A stretch of 35,191 nt of DNA from an uncultured Actinomycetes bacterium (lineage in GTDB: Bacteria > Actinomycetota > Thermoleophilia > Gaiellales > F1-60-MAGs149), in the NCBI GenBank assembly GCA_903873565.1, contig CAIQOY010000224.1:1-35191 (forward strand), given 5' to 3'. Positions within the stretch are counted from its first letter, which is position 1. Each line of letters starts with the position of its first letter. Below are positions 1 to 8,444 of this stretch, piece by piece. Made by a program: the position numbers and the translations under genes. A model generated the notes under the pieces. It worked only from the letters and a program-made list of their open reading frames with translations. It was not told the DNA's origin and made no database searches.

Positions 1-669
1 GACACCACCTTCGCGTACCTCGAGGGCCGCCCCGGGGTCCCCGCCGACTGGGACGCCGCCGTCGCCGAGTGGCGCGAGCTGCGCTCCGACCCGGACGCCG
101 AGTACGACCGCGTCGAGGTGGTCGACGTGGCCGCCCTCGCGCCGCAGGTCTCGTGGGGCACCAACCCCGGCCAGGTCGCGCCGATCACCGCCTCCGTGCC
201 GGAGCCGACGACGCCCGACGAGGAGCGCGCGCTCCAGTACATGGACCTGACGGCGGGCACGCCGCTGCAGGACGTGAGGATCGACCGCGTGTTCCTCGGC
301 TCCTGCACGAACAGCCGGATCGAGGACCTGCGCGCCGCCGCCCGCATCGTCGAGGGCCGCAAGGTCGCCTCCACCGTGCGGGCGATGGTCGTGCCGGGCT
401 CGATGCAGGTCAAGGCGCAGGCCGAGCGCGAGGGCCTCGACCGGATCTTCATCGACGCGGGCTTCGACTGGCGGCCCAACGCGGGCTGCTCGATGTGCCT
501 CGGCATGAACCCGGACATCCTGCAGCCGGGCGAGCGCTGCGCGTCCACCTCGAACCGCAACTTCGAGGGCCGCCAGGGCAAGGGCGGCCGCACGCACCTG
601 ATGAGCCCCGAGATGGCCGCCGCGGCCGCCGTCACCGGGCACCTGACCGACGTGAGGGAGTGGGACTGA
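1..669 (+). CDS. leuC: 3-isopropylmalate dehydratase large subunit, C-terminal part (5' end outside window)
   Basis: The frame is open to base 1. Aconitase-family motifs [13 protein letters not shown] and CSMCLGMN...NRNFEGRQG are present. The TGA stop (667-669) overlaps the leuD ATG (ATGA). Confidence 0.9.
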   Translation, partial: DTTFAYLEGRPGVPADWDAAVAEWRELRSDPDAEYDRVEVVDVAALAPQVSWGTNPGQVAPITASVPEPTTPDEERALQYMDLTAGTPLQDVRIDRVFLGSCTNSRIEDLRAAARIVEGRKVASTVRAMVVPGSMQVKAQAEREGLDRIFIDAGFDWRPNAGCSMCLGMNPDILQPGERCASTSNRNFEGRQGKGGRTHLMSPEMAAAAAVTGHLTDVREWD

Positions 670-1259
670 TGGAGCCCTTCGAGACCGTGACCGGCGCGAT
701 CGCCCCGCTCGACCGGGCGAACGTGGACACCGACCAGATCATGCCCAAGCAGTTCCTCAAGCGGATCGAGCGCACGGGCTTCGGCGAGTTCGTCTTCTGG
801 GACTGGCGCCAGGACGAGGAGGACTTCGTCCTCGAGCGTCCCGAGTACCGCGACGCCCCGATCCTCGTCGCCGGCCCGAACTTCGGCTCGGGCTCGTCCC
901 GCGAGCACGCCCCCTGGGGGCTGCAGGACTGGGGCTACAAGGTGGTCATCGCGCCGAGCTTCGCGGACATCTTCCGCTCGAACTGCTCGAAGATCGGCCT
1001 GCTCACCGTCGAGCTGCCCGAGGCCGAGGTGCGCGCGCTCCTCGACGCCGCGCCCTGCGCGGTCACGGTCAGCCTCGAGGAGCGCACGGTGACGATGCCG
1101 GACGGGCGCGTCGTGCCGTTCCCGCTCGACGACAAGGTGCGCGAGAACCTGCTCAACGGCTGGGACGACATCGCCCTCACGCTGCTGCGCGAGGACAAGA
1201 TCGCCGAGTACGAGCGCACGCGCGAGCGGCAGGGCCCGAGCACGCTGTCGCTCGGCTAG
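669..1259 (+). CDS. leuD: 3-isopropylmalate dehydratase small subunit
   Basis: MEPFETVTG...NVDTDQIMPKQFLKRI...GPNFGSGSSREHAPW is the typical LeuD swivel-domain sequence. It is translationally coupled to leuC. Confidence 0.9.
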   Translation: MEPFETVTGAIAPLDRANVDTDQIMPKQFLKRIERTGFGEFVFWDWRQDEEDFVLERPEYRDAPILVAGPNFGSGSSREHAPWGLQDWGYKVVIAPSFADIFRSNCSKIGLLTVELPEAEVRALLDAAPCAVTVSLEERTVTMPDGRVVPFPLDDKVRENLLNGWDDIALTLLREDKIAEYERTRERQGPSTLSLG

Positions 1260-2512
1260 GTGCCGTACGCGAAGTAGTGCCGCTGGTTCGCGATGTGGTT
1301 CGCGACGAAGTCCGCGTCGTGCCACACGCCCCAGATGAAGCTCGAGCCGCGGTGCGACAGCCACGGCAGGCCGAGGAAGTAGAGGCCCGGCTCGGCGGCG
1401 ACGCCACGCTGGTGGATCGGCCGGCCCCGGTCGTCGATCACGTCGATGTCGAGCCACGCGTAGTCGGTCCGGAAGCCGGTCGCCCAGAGGATCGTCGAGA
1501 TCCCGGCGGCGGCGAGGTCCAGCTCGCGGATCGGCTCCGTCACGCACGCGGGCAGGGGCCCGAGTTCGTGCGCCGCGGGCTCCTCGGGCAGCCCGATCCC
1601 GTTGCGTGCGACGTACGCGTCGGCCTGCTCGAGCAGCTCGAGGTAGAAGCGGTCGCCCTCCGCGATGTTGGCGGCAAGGTCGTCGGCGAAGCGCACCACG
1701 CCGTCCTCGTACCCGTCGGCGCGGCCGTGCAGGGTGATGCCCTCCGCGGCGAGGGCGCGGAAGTCGATCGTGCGGCCGCCGTAGGCCCCGCTGAAGGCGA
1801 TCGTGACGTGCTCCGCCCCGGCCGGCGGGGTCTGCATGTCCCACATCCCGAGCGCGCCGAGCCACCAGACCACGTCGCGGTCGCGGTAGCGGCGCGGCGG
1901 GCGGGTGTGCGGCCCGACGGCGATGTGCACGGTCCGGCCGGCCCGGCGCAGCTCGTCGGCGATCTGCACGCCGGAGGCGCCGCAGCCGACCACGAGCACG
2001 CCGCCCGCGGGCAGCTGCTCGGGGTTGCGGTAGTCGCTCGAGTGCAGCTGCAGCACCGGCGCGTCGGCGGGGACGAGCGGCGGGATCACGGGGATCTGGA
2101 ACGGCCCCGTGGCCACGACGATGTACTCCGCGTCGATCGGGCCGTCCGTCGTCTCGACGTGGAAGCCGCGGTCGCCGTCGCGCCGGCGAGCGGACAGCAC
2201 CTCCACCCCCTCGCGGATCGGCGCGCCGATGCGCGCGGCGTAGTCGACGAAGTACTCAGCCACGCGGTCCTTGCCGGGGTATGCGTCGGGGTCGACGTCG
2301 TCGAAGCGGCTGCCCGGGAAGCAGTCGTGCCAGGCGGGGCCGTTGGCGACCAGGGAGTCCCAGCGGCCGGTGCGCCAGCGCTCGGCGATGCGGTCGCGCT
2401 CCAGCACGACGTGCGGGACGCCACGGCGGCCGAGGTGCTCGCTGGCGGCGATGCCGGCCTGGCCGCCGCCGACGACGACGGCCTCGATCCGCTCGGGCTC
2501 CGCGCCGGCCAC
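1256..2512 (-). CDS. FAD/NAD(P)-binding flavin-containing monooxygenase-like oxidoreductase
   Basis: Two dinucleotide-binding motifs, VVVGGGQAGIAAS near the N-terminus and VLVVGCGASGVQIA mid-protein. GTG start at 2512, 3 nt after the SnoaL-like stop. High GC3. Confidence 0.75.
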   Translation of the reverse strand: MAGAEPERIEAVVVGGGQAGIAASEHLGRRGVPHVVLERDRIAERWRTGRWDSLVANGPAWHDCFPGSRFDDVDPDAYPGKDRVAEYFVDYAARIGAPIREGVEVLSARRRDGDRGFHVETTDGPIDAEYIVVATGPFQIPVIPPLVPADAPVLQLHSSDYRNPEQLPAGGVLVVGCGASGVQIADELRRAGRTVHIAVGPHTRPPRRYRDRDVVWWLGALGMWDMQTPPAGAEHVTIAFSGAYGGRTIDFRALAAEGITLHGRADGYEDGVVRFADDLAANIAEGDRFYLELLEQADAYVARNGIGLPEEPAAHELGPLPACVTEPIRELDLAAAGISTILWATGFRTDYAWLDIDVIDDRGRPIHQRGVAAEPGLYFLGLPWLSHRGSSFIWGVWHDADFVANHIANQRHYFAYGT

Positions 2513-2515
2513 GGC

Positions 2516-2875
2516 TCAGACGACCTTGGCGGTGTCGAAGTACTCCGTGAAGCGCACGATCCTCCCGTCGCGCAGCTCGACGGCCATCACGAGCGGGAAG
2601 TCAGTGCGGGCGCCCGCGTGGTCGGTGCACTGGAAGCGCCCCTCGGCGAGGGCCACCTGGCCCGACGCGGCGAGCGTGGTGACCGGCACCTGCACCTCGG
2701 TGAGCTCGGCGAACGCGGCGGCGCAGGCCGCCTCGACCGCCTCGGGGCCGACGGGGAACTCCCCGAACAGCGGCCCCTCGTAGACGCCGTCGGGGGCGAA
2801 CAGCGCTCCGATGGCCTTGGCGTCCATGCGCTCCCAGCCGGCGCACAGCTCGCGCATCGCGGTTTCAGCATCCAT
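2516..2875 (-). CDS. SnoaL/NTF2-like small protein
   Basis: 119 aa with high GC3. The WxxxDxxAxxALFAxDGVY pattern near the N-terminus is typical of SnoaL-like folds. It lies immediately upstream of the FMO-like gene. Confidence 0.55.
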   Translation of the reverse strand: MDAETAMRELCAGWERMDAKAIGALFAPDGVYEGPLFGEFPVGPEAVEAACAAAFAELTEVQVPVTTLAASGQVALAEGRFQCTDHAGARTDFPLVMAVELRDGRIVRFTEYFDTAKVV

Positions 2876-2882
2876 GGCGCGG

Positions 2883-2888
2883 AGCGTA
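2883..2888 (-). promoter_or_regulatory. -10-like hexamer TACGCT, 7 nt upstream of the SnoaL-like ATG (candidate leaderless promoter)
   Basis: Matches TANNNT. No SD lies between it and the start codon. Confidence 0.4.
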
Positions 2889-2892
2889 GCGG

Positions 2893-3975
2893 CTAGACGT
2901 TGAAGCGCACGTTGAGCACGTCGCCGTCCTGCACGACGTAGTCCTTGCCCTCGACGCGCAGCTGCCCGAGCTTCGTGGCCTCGGCGCGGGAGCCGGCACG
3001 GACGAGGTCGTCGGCGCCGATCACCTCGGCGCGGATGAAGCCGCGGGCGATGTCGGTGTGGATCTTGCCGGAGGCCTCGACGGCGTTCGCGCCGCGGCGG
3101 ACCGTCCAGGCGGTGACGTCCTTCGGGCCGGCGGTGAAGAAGGTGATCAGGTCGAGCATCCGGAAGGCGGCCGCGGCCACGCGGGGCGCGCTCGCCTCCT
3201 CCTGCCCGATCTCCGCCAGGAAGAGCGCGCGCTCCTCGGGATCCTCGATCTCGGCCAGCTCCGCCTCGAAGCGGCCGGCCACGGCGACCACCTCGGCGTC
3301 GCCCGCGTAGCCGCGCAGCGCCGCGACCAGCTCGTCGTCGCCGGACTCGGAGGTGTTGGCCACGTAGAGCATCGGCTTGAGCGTGAGCAGCTCGAGCACG
3401 ACCTCGGCGGGCAGCTCGCCCCGCTTCGGGAAGGTGCGGGCGGTCGCGCCCGCGTCGAGGTGGGCGGCCAGCTCGGCGAGCAGGTCGGCCTCGGCCTTCG
3501 CCTCCTTCTGCCCCACCTTGACCGCCCGCTCGAGGCGCTCGAGGCGCTTGGCCAGCAGGATGCCGTCGGCGAACAGGAGCTCGAGGTCGACGCCCTCGGC
3601 GTCGGCGACCGGGTCGACGCGGCCGTCGACGTGGAAGACGGTGTCGTCGTGGAACGTGCGCACCACGTGGATCAGGGCGTCCGCGGCGCGCAGCGCCTGC
3701 AGGAACTCGCCCGACAGCCCGCCGTCGCGCCCCGCGCCGCGCTGGAGCCCCGCGACGTCGACGAGCTGGATCGAGGGGGGCACGAGCTTCTGCGAGCCCT
3801 CGACCTGCGCGAGGGCCGCGAGCCGCTCGTCGGGGACGGGCGCGATGCCGGTGTTGACGGAGACCTCGCTGGCCGCGAACGGCTGCACCGTGGCGCCCGC
3901 GCCGGTCAGCGCGTTGAAGATGGTGGTCTTGCCCGAGTTGGGCAGGCCGATGATGCCGATCTCGAGGCTGGCCAC
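2893..3975 (-). CDS. ychF: redox-regulated ATPase YchF (Obg-family GTPase-like)
   Basis: P-loop GIIGLPNSGKTTIFNALT, and the C-terminal TGS-like end GKDYVVQDGDVLNVRFNV. The start is set at GTG 3975 (VASLEIGIIG), because the upstream extension in the ORF track is Arg/Pro/Ser-rich junk. Confidence 0.9.
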   Translation of the reverse strand: MASLEIGIIGLPNSGKTTIFNALTGAGATVQPFAASEVSVNTGIAPVPDERLAALAQVEGSQKLVPPSIQLVDVAGLQRGAGRDGGLSGEFLQALRAADALIHVVRTFHDDTVFHVDGRVDPVADAEGVDLELLFADGILLAKRLERLERAVKVGQKEAKAEADLLAELAAHLDAGATARTFPKRGELPAEVVLELLTLKPMLYVANTSESGDDELVAALRGYAGDAEVVAVAGRFEAELAEIEDPEERALFLAEIGQEEASAPRVAAAAFRMLDLITFFTAGPKDVTAWTVRRGANAVEASGKIHTDIARGFIRAEVIGADDLVRAGSRAEATKLGQLRVEGKDYVVQDGDVLNVRFNV

Positions 3976-3983
3976 GGCTCCGG

Positions 3984-3989
3984 ACGATA
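3984..3989 (-). promoter_or_regulatory. -10-like hexamer TATCGT, 8 nt upstream of the ychF GTG
   Basis: Matches TANNNT in a 25-nt intergenic gap. Confidence 0.35.
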
Positions 3990-4000
3990 TCCGGGGTGGC

Positions 4001-4528
4001 TCAGCGGGCGCGCCGGCGCGCCGGCACGAGCCGCCGGGCGACCCGGCCCGTGACGGCGCCGAGCGCGTAGCCCGCGACGACGTCCGAGGGGTGGTGGACG
4101 GCGAGGTGGACGCGCGAGGCGGCCATGGCGAGCGCGGCGAGGCGCAGGGGCCCGCGGGCCCGCGGCACGGCATCGGCGAGGGCCAGCGCCGCGGCCGCGG
4201 ACATCGCGGCGTGCGACGACGGGAACGACGACGTGGTCGGCGGCTCGATCGCCTGCGGCGCGTCGGGCAGGTCGGGGCGCGGGCGGCGGACCTGCGTCTT
4301 GACGGCGTAGTTGACGGCGAGGGTGCCCCACACCGCGACCGCCGTGGCGACGGCGACCCGGGGCTCGCGGCGCACGAGGGCGATCCCGGCGCCGAGCGCG
4401 ACCCAGCCGACGCCGCTGTTGCCGAGCCGGGAGTAGGCGGCGACCGCCCGGTCGAGGTCGGGGCGGCGCAGCCGCGCGGCGGCGATCAGGGCCGCCTCGT
4501 CGAGCGCCGCGACCGCCGCGATCAGCGG
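4001..4528 (-). CDS. PAP2-family (type 2 phosphatidic acid/undecaprenyl-PP-like) phosphatase, 5' end unresolved
   Basis: All three PAP2 motifs are present: KTQVRRPRP, PSSH and SRVHLAVHHPSD, with hydrophobic helices around them. No ATG/GTG/TTG lies between the DUF3107 stop (4530) and the conserved N-terminal helices. Confidence 0.6.
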   Translation of the reverse strand, partial: PLIAAVAALDEAALIAAARLRRPDLDRAVAAYSRLGNSGVGWVALGAGIALVRREPRVAVATAVAVWGTLAVNYAVKTQVRRPRPDLPDAPQAIEPPTTSSFPSSHAAMSAAAALALADAVPRARGPLRLAALAMAASRVHLAVHHPSDVVAGYALGAVTGRVARRLVPARRRAR

Positions 4529-4529
4529 G

Positions 4530-4748
4530 CTAGAAGCCGACGCGGGCCTCGCGCTGGGCGATCCGCAGGAAGCTGACCTGGTCGGCGCGGACGAGCAGCG
4601 TGCCGCCGTCCGACTCCAGCTCCACCAGCCCCGTCTCGCCCTTGTCGATCGCCTTGCGCAGGGCCTTGAGGGCGTCGTCCCCGAGCTGGGCGGACGTCGC
4701 ACCGCCTCCGAGAAAGCCGATCTCCACGCGCACCGTCTCTGCTGCCAT
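4530..4748 (-). CDS. small conserved actinobacterial protein, DUF3107-like
   Basis: 72 aa, MAAETVRVEIGF...LVRADQVSFLRIAQREARVGF, resembles the DUF3107 pattern from memory. An RBS GGAGAGG precedes ATG 4748, and the start is 2 nt after the upstream stop. Confidence 0.55.
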   Translation of the reverse strand: MAAETVRVEIGFLGGGATSAQLGDDALKALRKAIDKGETGLVELESDGGTLLVRADQVSFLRIAQREARVGF

Positions 4749-4750
4749 CG

Positions 4751-5167
4751 TCACACCTCTCCGGGTTGGACCAGCTCGAGGAGGACGCCGCCGACGGCCT
4801 CCGGATGGATGAACGCGACCTGCATCCCGAACAGCCCCGCGCGGGGCTCGGGGTCGATCATCTCGACGCCGGCGTCCACCAGCCGGCGGCACTCGGCCGC
4901 GAGGTCGGCGACCTCGTAGGCCACGTGGTGCATGCCGGGGCCGCGCTTGTCGAGGAACTTGCCGACGGGCGTGTCGGGCCCGAGCGGCGCGACCAGCTCG
5001 ATCATCGGACCCTCCGGCGTGCGGATCGCCAGCGCGCTCGTGCCCATCTCCTCGGAGTCCTGGCCGTGGTCGACGACCGCCCCGATCAGGAGGGCGTAGG
5101 TCTCCGCGGCCGCCTCGAGGTCGGGCACGGCGATGCCCAGGTGGTGGATCCCGATCGCGCCCTGCAC
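4751..5167 (-). CDS. mce: methylmalonyl-CoA epimerase (VOC/glyoxalase-fold)
   Basis: IHHLGIAVPDLEAA...GPGMHHVAYEVADL...FIHP is the typical MCE/VOC metal-ligand pattern. 138 aa. Confidence 0.75.
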   Translation of the reverse strand: MQGAIGIHHLGIAVPDLEAAAETYALLIGAVVDHGQDSEEMGTSALAIRTPEGPMIELVAPLGPDTPVGKFLDKRGPGMHHVAYEVADLAAECRRLVDAGVEMIDPEPRAGLFGMQVAFIHPEAVGGVLLELVQPGEV

Positions 5168-5174
5168 GGCGGGA

Positions 5175-5180
5175 AGCCTA
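5175..5180 (-). promoter_or_regulatory. -10-like hexamer TAGGCT, 7 nt upstream of the mce GTG
   Basis: Matches TANNNT in a 24-nt gap, with no SD. Confidence 0.4.
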
Positions 5181-5191
5181 TCCGAGGCGGG

Positions 5192-6295
5192 TCACGCCAC
5201 GCGCTCGAGGCGCGGATTGGGCAGGGGCTCGCGCCCGCGCTTGCCGCCCGCGCGCCCGTCGACCATCACGACGTCGGCGGTGAAGTCGCAGGCGCCGCGG
5301 ATCAGCGCCGAGCCGACGCCGTAGGAGTCGACCGGCACGCCCTGGGCCTCGAAGGCGCGGATCTTCTCGGCGTTGAAGCCGCCCGAGACGACGATGCGGA
5401 CGCCCGAGTGCCCGGCCGCGTCGAGCGCGTTGCGGACGTTCCAGACCAGCTGGGGGTTGACCCCGCGCGGGTCGAAGCGGCCCATCATGTCCCACAGGGA
5501 GCGGTCGACCATCGTGCCGGAGGTGTCGAGGCGGACGCCCCAGAGGCGGTCGCCGAGGGCGTCGGCGACCTTGAGCGCCGTGCCCGCGCAGTCGTTGTCG
5601 AAGTCGACGAGCACGACCAGGTTCTGGCCGGGGTCGGAGCAGCGGGCGAAGGCCTCGGCCGCCGCCACCGTGTCGCCGTGGTAGGCCGCGATCAGCCCGT
5701 GCGGCACCGTGCCGAGCCCGCGCTCGCCCCACCAGGCGGCCTGGGCGTCCGTCGACACGCCGATCGCCCCGGCGATGTGGGCGGCGTAGCCGTCGCCCGT
5801 CTGCACGCGGTAGTGGTCGTGGCGGGCCGGGAAGTACATGATCGGCTTCGGCGCCGCCGCCTGCACGACCTCGCGCACGTTGGTGGCCACGAGGCTGCGG
5901 CGGGCGAGGCTGCCGAGGTAGACCGTCTCGAGGTGGCAGAAGTGGGCGTAGTCGCCCTCGATCGTGAGCACGCTCTCCCACGGCTCGATCTCGTCGCCGT
6001 CGTAGAGCGCGTGCACCTCGAGCCCGTCCCAGCCGGGCTGCCACGTGCCGTCGTCCCGCATCAGCCCCGCGCACTCGCGCAGGACGGCGAGCGCCTCGTC
6101 GACGCCGCCGAGGACGGCGGCGCGGCGGGTGAACACCTGCACGAGCACCCGCGGGCGGTGCCCGTCGCGCTCCAGCACCTTCTGGGTGTGGTTGAAGTAG
6201 GCATCCGAGTACCAGCCGGTGCGGATCTTCTCGACCGGCAGGTCAAAGATCTCGGACGGCAGTCGGGTCTGCGTGACGCGGGGAAGGACGCTCAT
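5192..6295 (-). CDS. nicotinate phosphoribosyltransferase-family enzyme (short archaeal/Thermus-type)
   Basis: WYSDAYFNHTQKVL...RLDTSG...VVSGGFNAEKI is the type II PRTase barrel pattern. ATG 6295 is preferred over ATG 6346 because codons 6296-6346 show a clear drop in GC3. Confidence 0.7.
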   Translation of the reverse strand: MSVLPRVTQTRLPSEIFDLPVEKIRTGWYSDAYFNHTQKVLERDGHRPRVLVQVFTRRAAVLGGVDEALAVLRECAGLMRDDGTWQPGWDGLEVHALYDGDEIEPWESVLTIEGDYAHFCHLETVYLGSLARRSLVATNVREVVQAAAPKPIMYFPARHDHYRVQTGDGYAAHIAGAIGVSTDAQAAWWGERGLGTVPHGLIAAYHGDTVAAAEAFARCSDPGQNLVVLVDFDNDCAGTALKVADALGDRLWGVRLDTSGTMVDRSLWDMMGRFDPRGVNPQLVWNVRNALDAAGHSGVRIVVSGGFNAEKIRAFEAQGVPVDSYGVGSALIRGACDFTADVVMVDGRAGGKRGREPLPNPRLERVA

Positions 6296-6343
6296 GGTCG
6301 GGCGATCCGGTGCGCGGGATCGTACAGGCGATCGCGGGTGCGC

Positions 6344-6349
6344 CATAGT
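6344..6349 (+). promoter_or_regulatory. weaker -10-like hexamer CATAGT, 8 nt upstream of the hutD ATG
   Basis: A2 and T6 are conserved. It lies in the divergent intergenic region. Confidence 0.25.
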
Positions 6350-6357
6350 TCCCGCTG

Positions 6358-6921
6358 ATGGCGGACCTCACCCCGCTCCCCCGCGCGGGCTTCCGCGAGA
6401 TGCCGTGGGCCAACGGCCTCGGCACGACGCGCGAGATCGCGATCGACCCCGCACCCGGCGACGGCGGGGCGCCGTTTCGCTGGCGGCTGTCGATGGCCGA
6501 CCTCGCCGGGCCCGGCCCCTTCTCCGAGCTCCCGGGCGTCGATCGCATCCTCGTGCTGCTCGCCGGCGAGGGCGTCGTCCTGCACGTGGCCGGGCGCGAG
6601 CCGGCGCCGCTCGGCCGCCACGACGCGATCGCCTTCCCCGGCGACCTGCCCACGCATCTCGAGATGCCGCCCGGCCCCGGCCGCGACCTCAACCTGATGT
6701 GGGACCGCGCGCGGGCCACGGGCCGGGTCGACGTGCTCGCGGCCGGCGTGGGGCTCGCGATCGCCGCGCCCCTCGCCGTCGCGGTCGCGATCGGCGGTCC
6801 CGCCCGGGCGGCGGTGGACGGCGCGGCCGTCGCGCTCGACGCCGAGGACGCGCTGCGGATCGACGGCGGCGGCGAGCTCGCCGTCCACGCCGGCGAGCTC
6901 TACGTGGCGCAGGTCGGCTAG
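6358..6921 (+). CDS. hutD: HutD/Ves-family protein
   Basis: The N-terminal PWANGLGTTREIAI motif is characteristic of HutD. The gene is convergent with hutH. Confidence 0.6.
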   Translation: MADLTPLPRAGFREMPWANGLGTTREIAIDPAPGDGGAPFRWRLSMADLAGPGPFSELPGVDRILVLLAGEGVVLHVAGREPAPLGRHDAIAFPGDLPTHLEMPPGPGRDLNLMWDRARATGRVDVLAAGVGLAIAAPLAVAVAIGGPARAAVDGAAVALDAEDALRIDGGGELAVHAGELYVAQVG

Positions 6922-8432
6922 GCGCCGAAGGCGCCGGCGTCGATCGCCTGCGCGACGGCCGTGACCTCGGCGGCCAGGCTGCGGTCGGCGACGAGGGCCG
7001 GCGAGATGGATCGGACCTTGGCGTGCTCGGCCTCGAGCAGGGGTCCGGAGCGCAGCGGACGGCGCAGCTCGAAGCCCTGGGCCGCGGCGAGCAGCTCGAT
7101 CGCGACCACGTGCCGGGCCAGGTCGAGGACCTGCAGCGCCTTCAGCCCCGCGGTGGCGCCCATCGAGTTGAAGTCCTCCTGGCCGGCGCTGGTCGGCAGG
7201 CTGCCGACGCCGGCCGGGTGCGCGAGCACCCCCATCTCGGCCACGAGGCTGGCCGCCGTGTACTGGGCGATCATCAGCCCCGACTCGGTGCCCGGCTCGG
7301 CGATCAGAAACGGCGGCAGCGAGAACTCGTCGCCGCGCCCGTCCATCAGGCGGTAGGTGCGCCGCTCGGAGAAGGCGGCGAGCTCCTGGATCGCGATCGC
7401 GAGCACGTCGAGCGGCAGGGACAGGGGCTGGCCGTGGAAGTTGCCGCCCGAGACCACGTCGCCCTCGGCCGGGAAGAGCAGCGGGTTGTCGGTGACGGCG
7501 CCGAGCTCGGGCTCGACCGCCGCCGTGCAGTAGTCGAGCGCCTCCCCGACGGCGCCGAGCACCTGCGGGATGCAGCGCAGCGTGTACGCGTCCTGCACGC
7601 GGTGGCAGCCGGCGTGGCTCTGCAGCATCTCGGAGCCCGCGATCAGGGCGCGCACGCGCGCCGCCACCGCGGCCTGGCGCGGGCGCCGGCGGAGCTCGTG
7701 CAGGCGCTCGTCGAAGGGCGCCAGCGACCCGAGCAGCGCGTCGAGCGACATCGCCGCTGCGACCTCGGCCGCGGCCAGGAGGCGCTCGGCCTGCCCGAGC
7801 GCGAGGACGCCGATCGCGGCCATCAGGTGCGTCCCGTTGAGGAGGGCGAGGCCCTCCTTCGGGCCGAGCTCGATCGGCTCGAGGCCGGCCGCCGCCAGCG
7901 CATCGGCGCCGGCGACCTGCGTGCCGTCGACCGTGCGCGCGTGGCCCTCCCCGATCAGGACGAGGGCGAGGTGGGCGAGCGGGGCGAGGTCGCCGCTCGC
8001 CCCGACCGATCCCCGCGACGGCACCACGGGCGTCACGCCGCGATCGAGGAGCGCGATCAGCGCGTCGACGATCGCCGGGCGCACGCCGGAGTGGCCGCGG
8101 GCCAGGGACGCGGCGAGCAGCACCAGCATCCCGCGCACGACCGGCACGGGCAGCGGGTCGCCGACGCCGACGGCGTGGCTGCGCACGATGTTGCGCTGGA
8201 GGTCGGAGAGGCCGCTGTCGGGGATGCGGACCGACTCCAGGGACCCGAAGCCGGTGGTGACGCCGTAGACCGCCTCGCCCGCGCCGGCGAGGCGCGCGAT
8301 CAGCGCGGCGGCCTCCTCGAGGCGGCGGCGGCCCTCCGCGCCGAGGGCCACGGTGGCGCGCCCATGGGCGACGGCCTCGACCTCGCGCCGGTCGAGGGAC
8401 CCGCCGTCCAGGACGATCGCGTCGCCGCTCAT
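6918..8432 (-). CDS. hutH: histidine ammonia-lyase
   Basis: MIO-forming triad in SVGASGDLAPLAH, GVTTGFG, and the HAL-type SH in VRSHAVG. 504 aa. Confidence 0.9.
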   Translation of the reverse strand: MSGDAIVLDGGSLDRREVEAVAHGRATVALGAEGRRRLEEAAALIARLAGAGEAVYGVTTGFGSLESVRIPDSGLSDLQRNIVRSHAVGVGDPLPVPVVRGMLVLLAASLARGHSGVRPAIVDALIALLDRGVTPVVPSRGSVGASGDLAPLAHLALVLIGEGHARTVDGTQVAGADALAAAGLEPIELGPKEGLALLNGTHLMAAIGVLALGQAERLLAAAEVAAAMSLDALLGSLAPFDERLHELRRRPRQAAVAARVRALIAGSEMLQSHAGCHRVQDAYTLRCIPQVLGAVGEALDYCTAAVEPELGAVTDNPLLFPAEGDVVSGGNFHGQPLSLPLDVLAIAIQELAAFSERRTYRLMDGRGDEFSLPPFLIAEPGTESGLMIAQYTAASLVAEMGVLAHPAGVGSLPTSAGQEDFNSMGATAGLKALQVLDLARHVVAIELLAAAQGFELRRPLRSGPLLEAEHAKVRSISPALVADRSLAAEVTAVAQAIDAGAFGA

Positions 8433-8438
8433 GCGCGC

Positions 8439-8444
8439 ATCATG
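8439..8444 (-). promoter_or_regulatory. -10-like hexamer CATGAT, 6 nt upstream of the hutH ATG
   Basis: The same hexamer at the same spacing occurs upstream of the binding-protein gene. It overlaps that gene's stop codon. Confidence 0.35.

Noticed and set aside
6296-6346. Alternative upstream ATG (6346) for the NAPRT-family gene
   Set aside because: The 17 extra codons show a marked drop in GC3 (cga, cct, gta, cga, gca, gat). That start would also leave only 11 nt to the divergent hutD start. It is kept as a possible but less likely start.
6296-6357. Imperfect direct repeat GGCGATC-N-GGTGCGC (twice) in the NAPRT/hutD divergent region as an operator
   Set aside because: The two copies differ in spacing, the sequence is low-information GC-rich, and there is no cognate regulator gene in the window.
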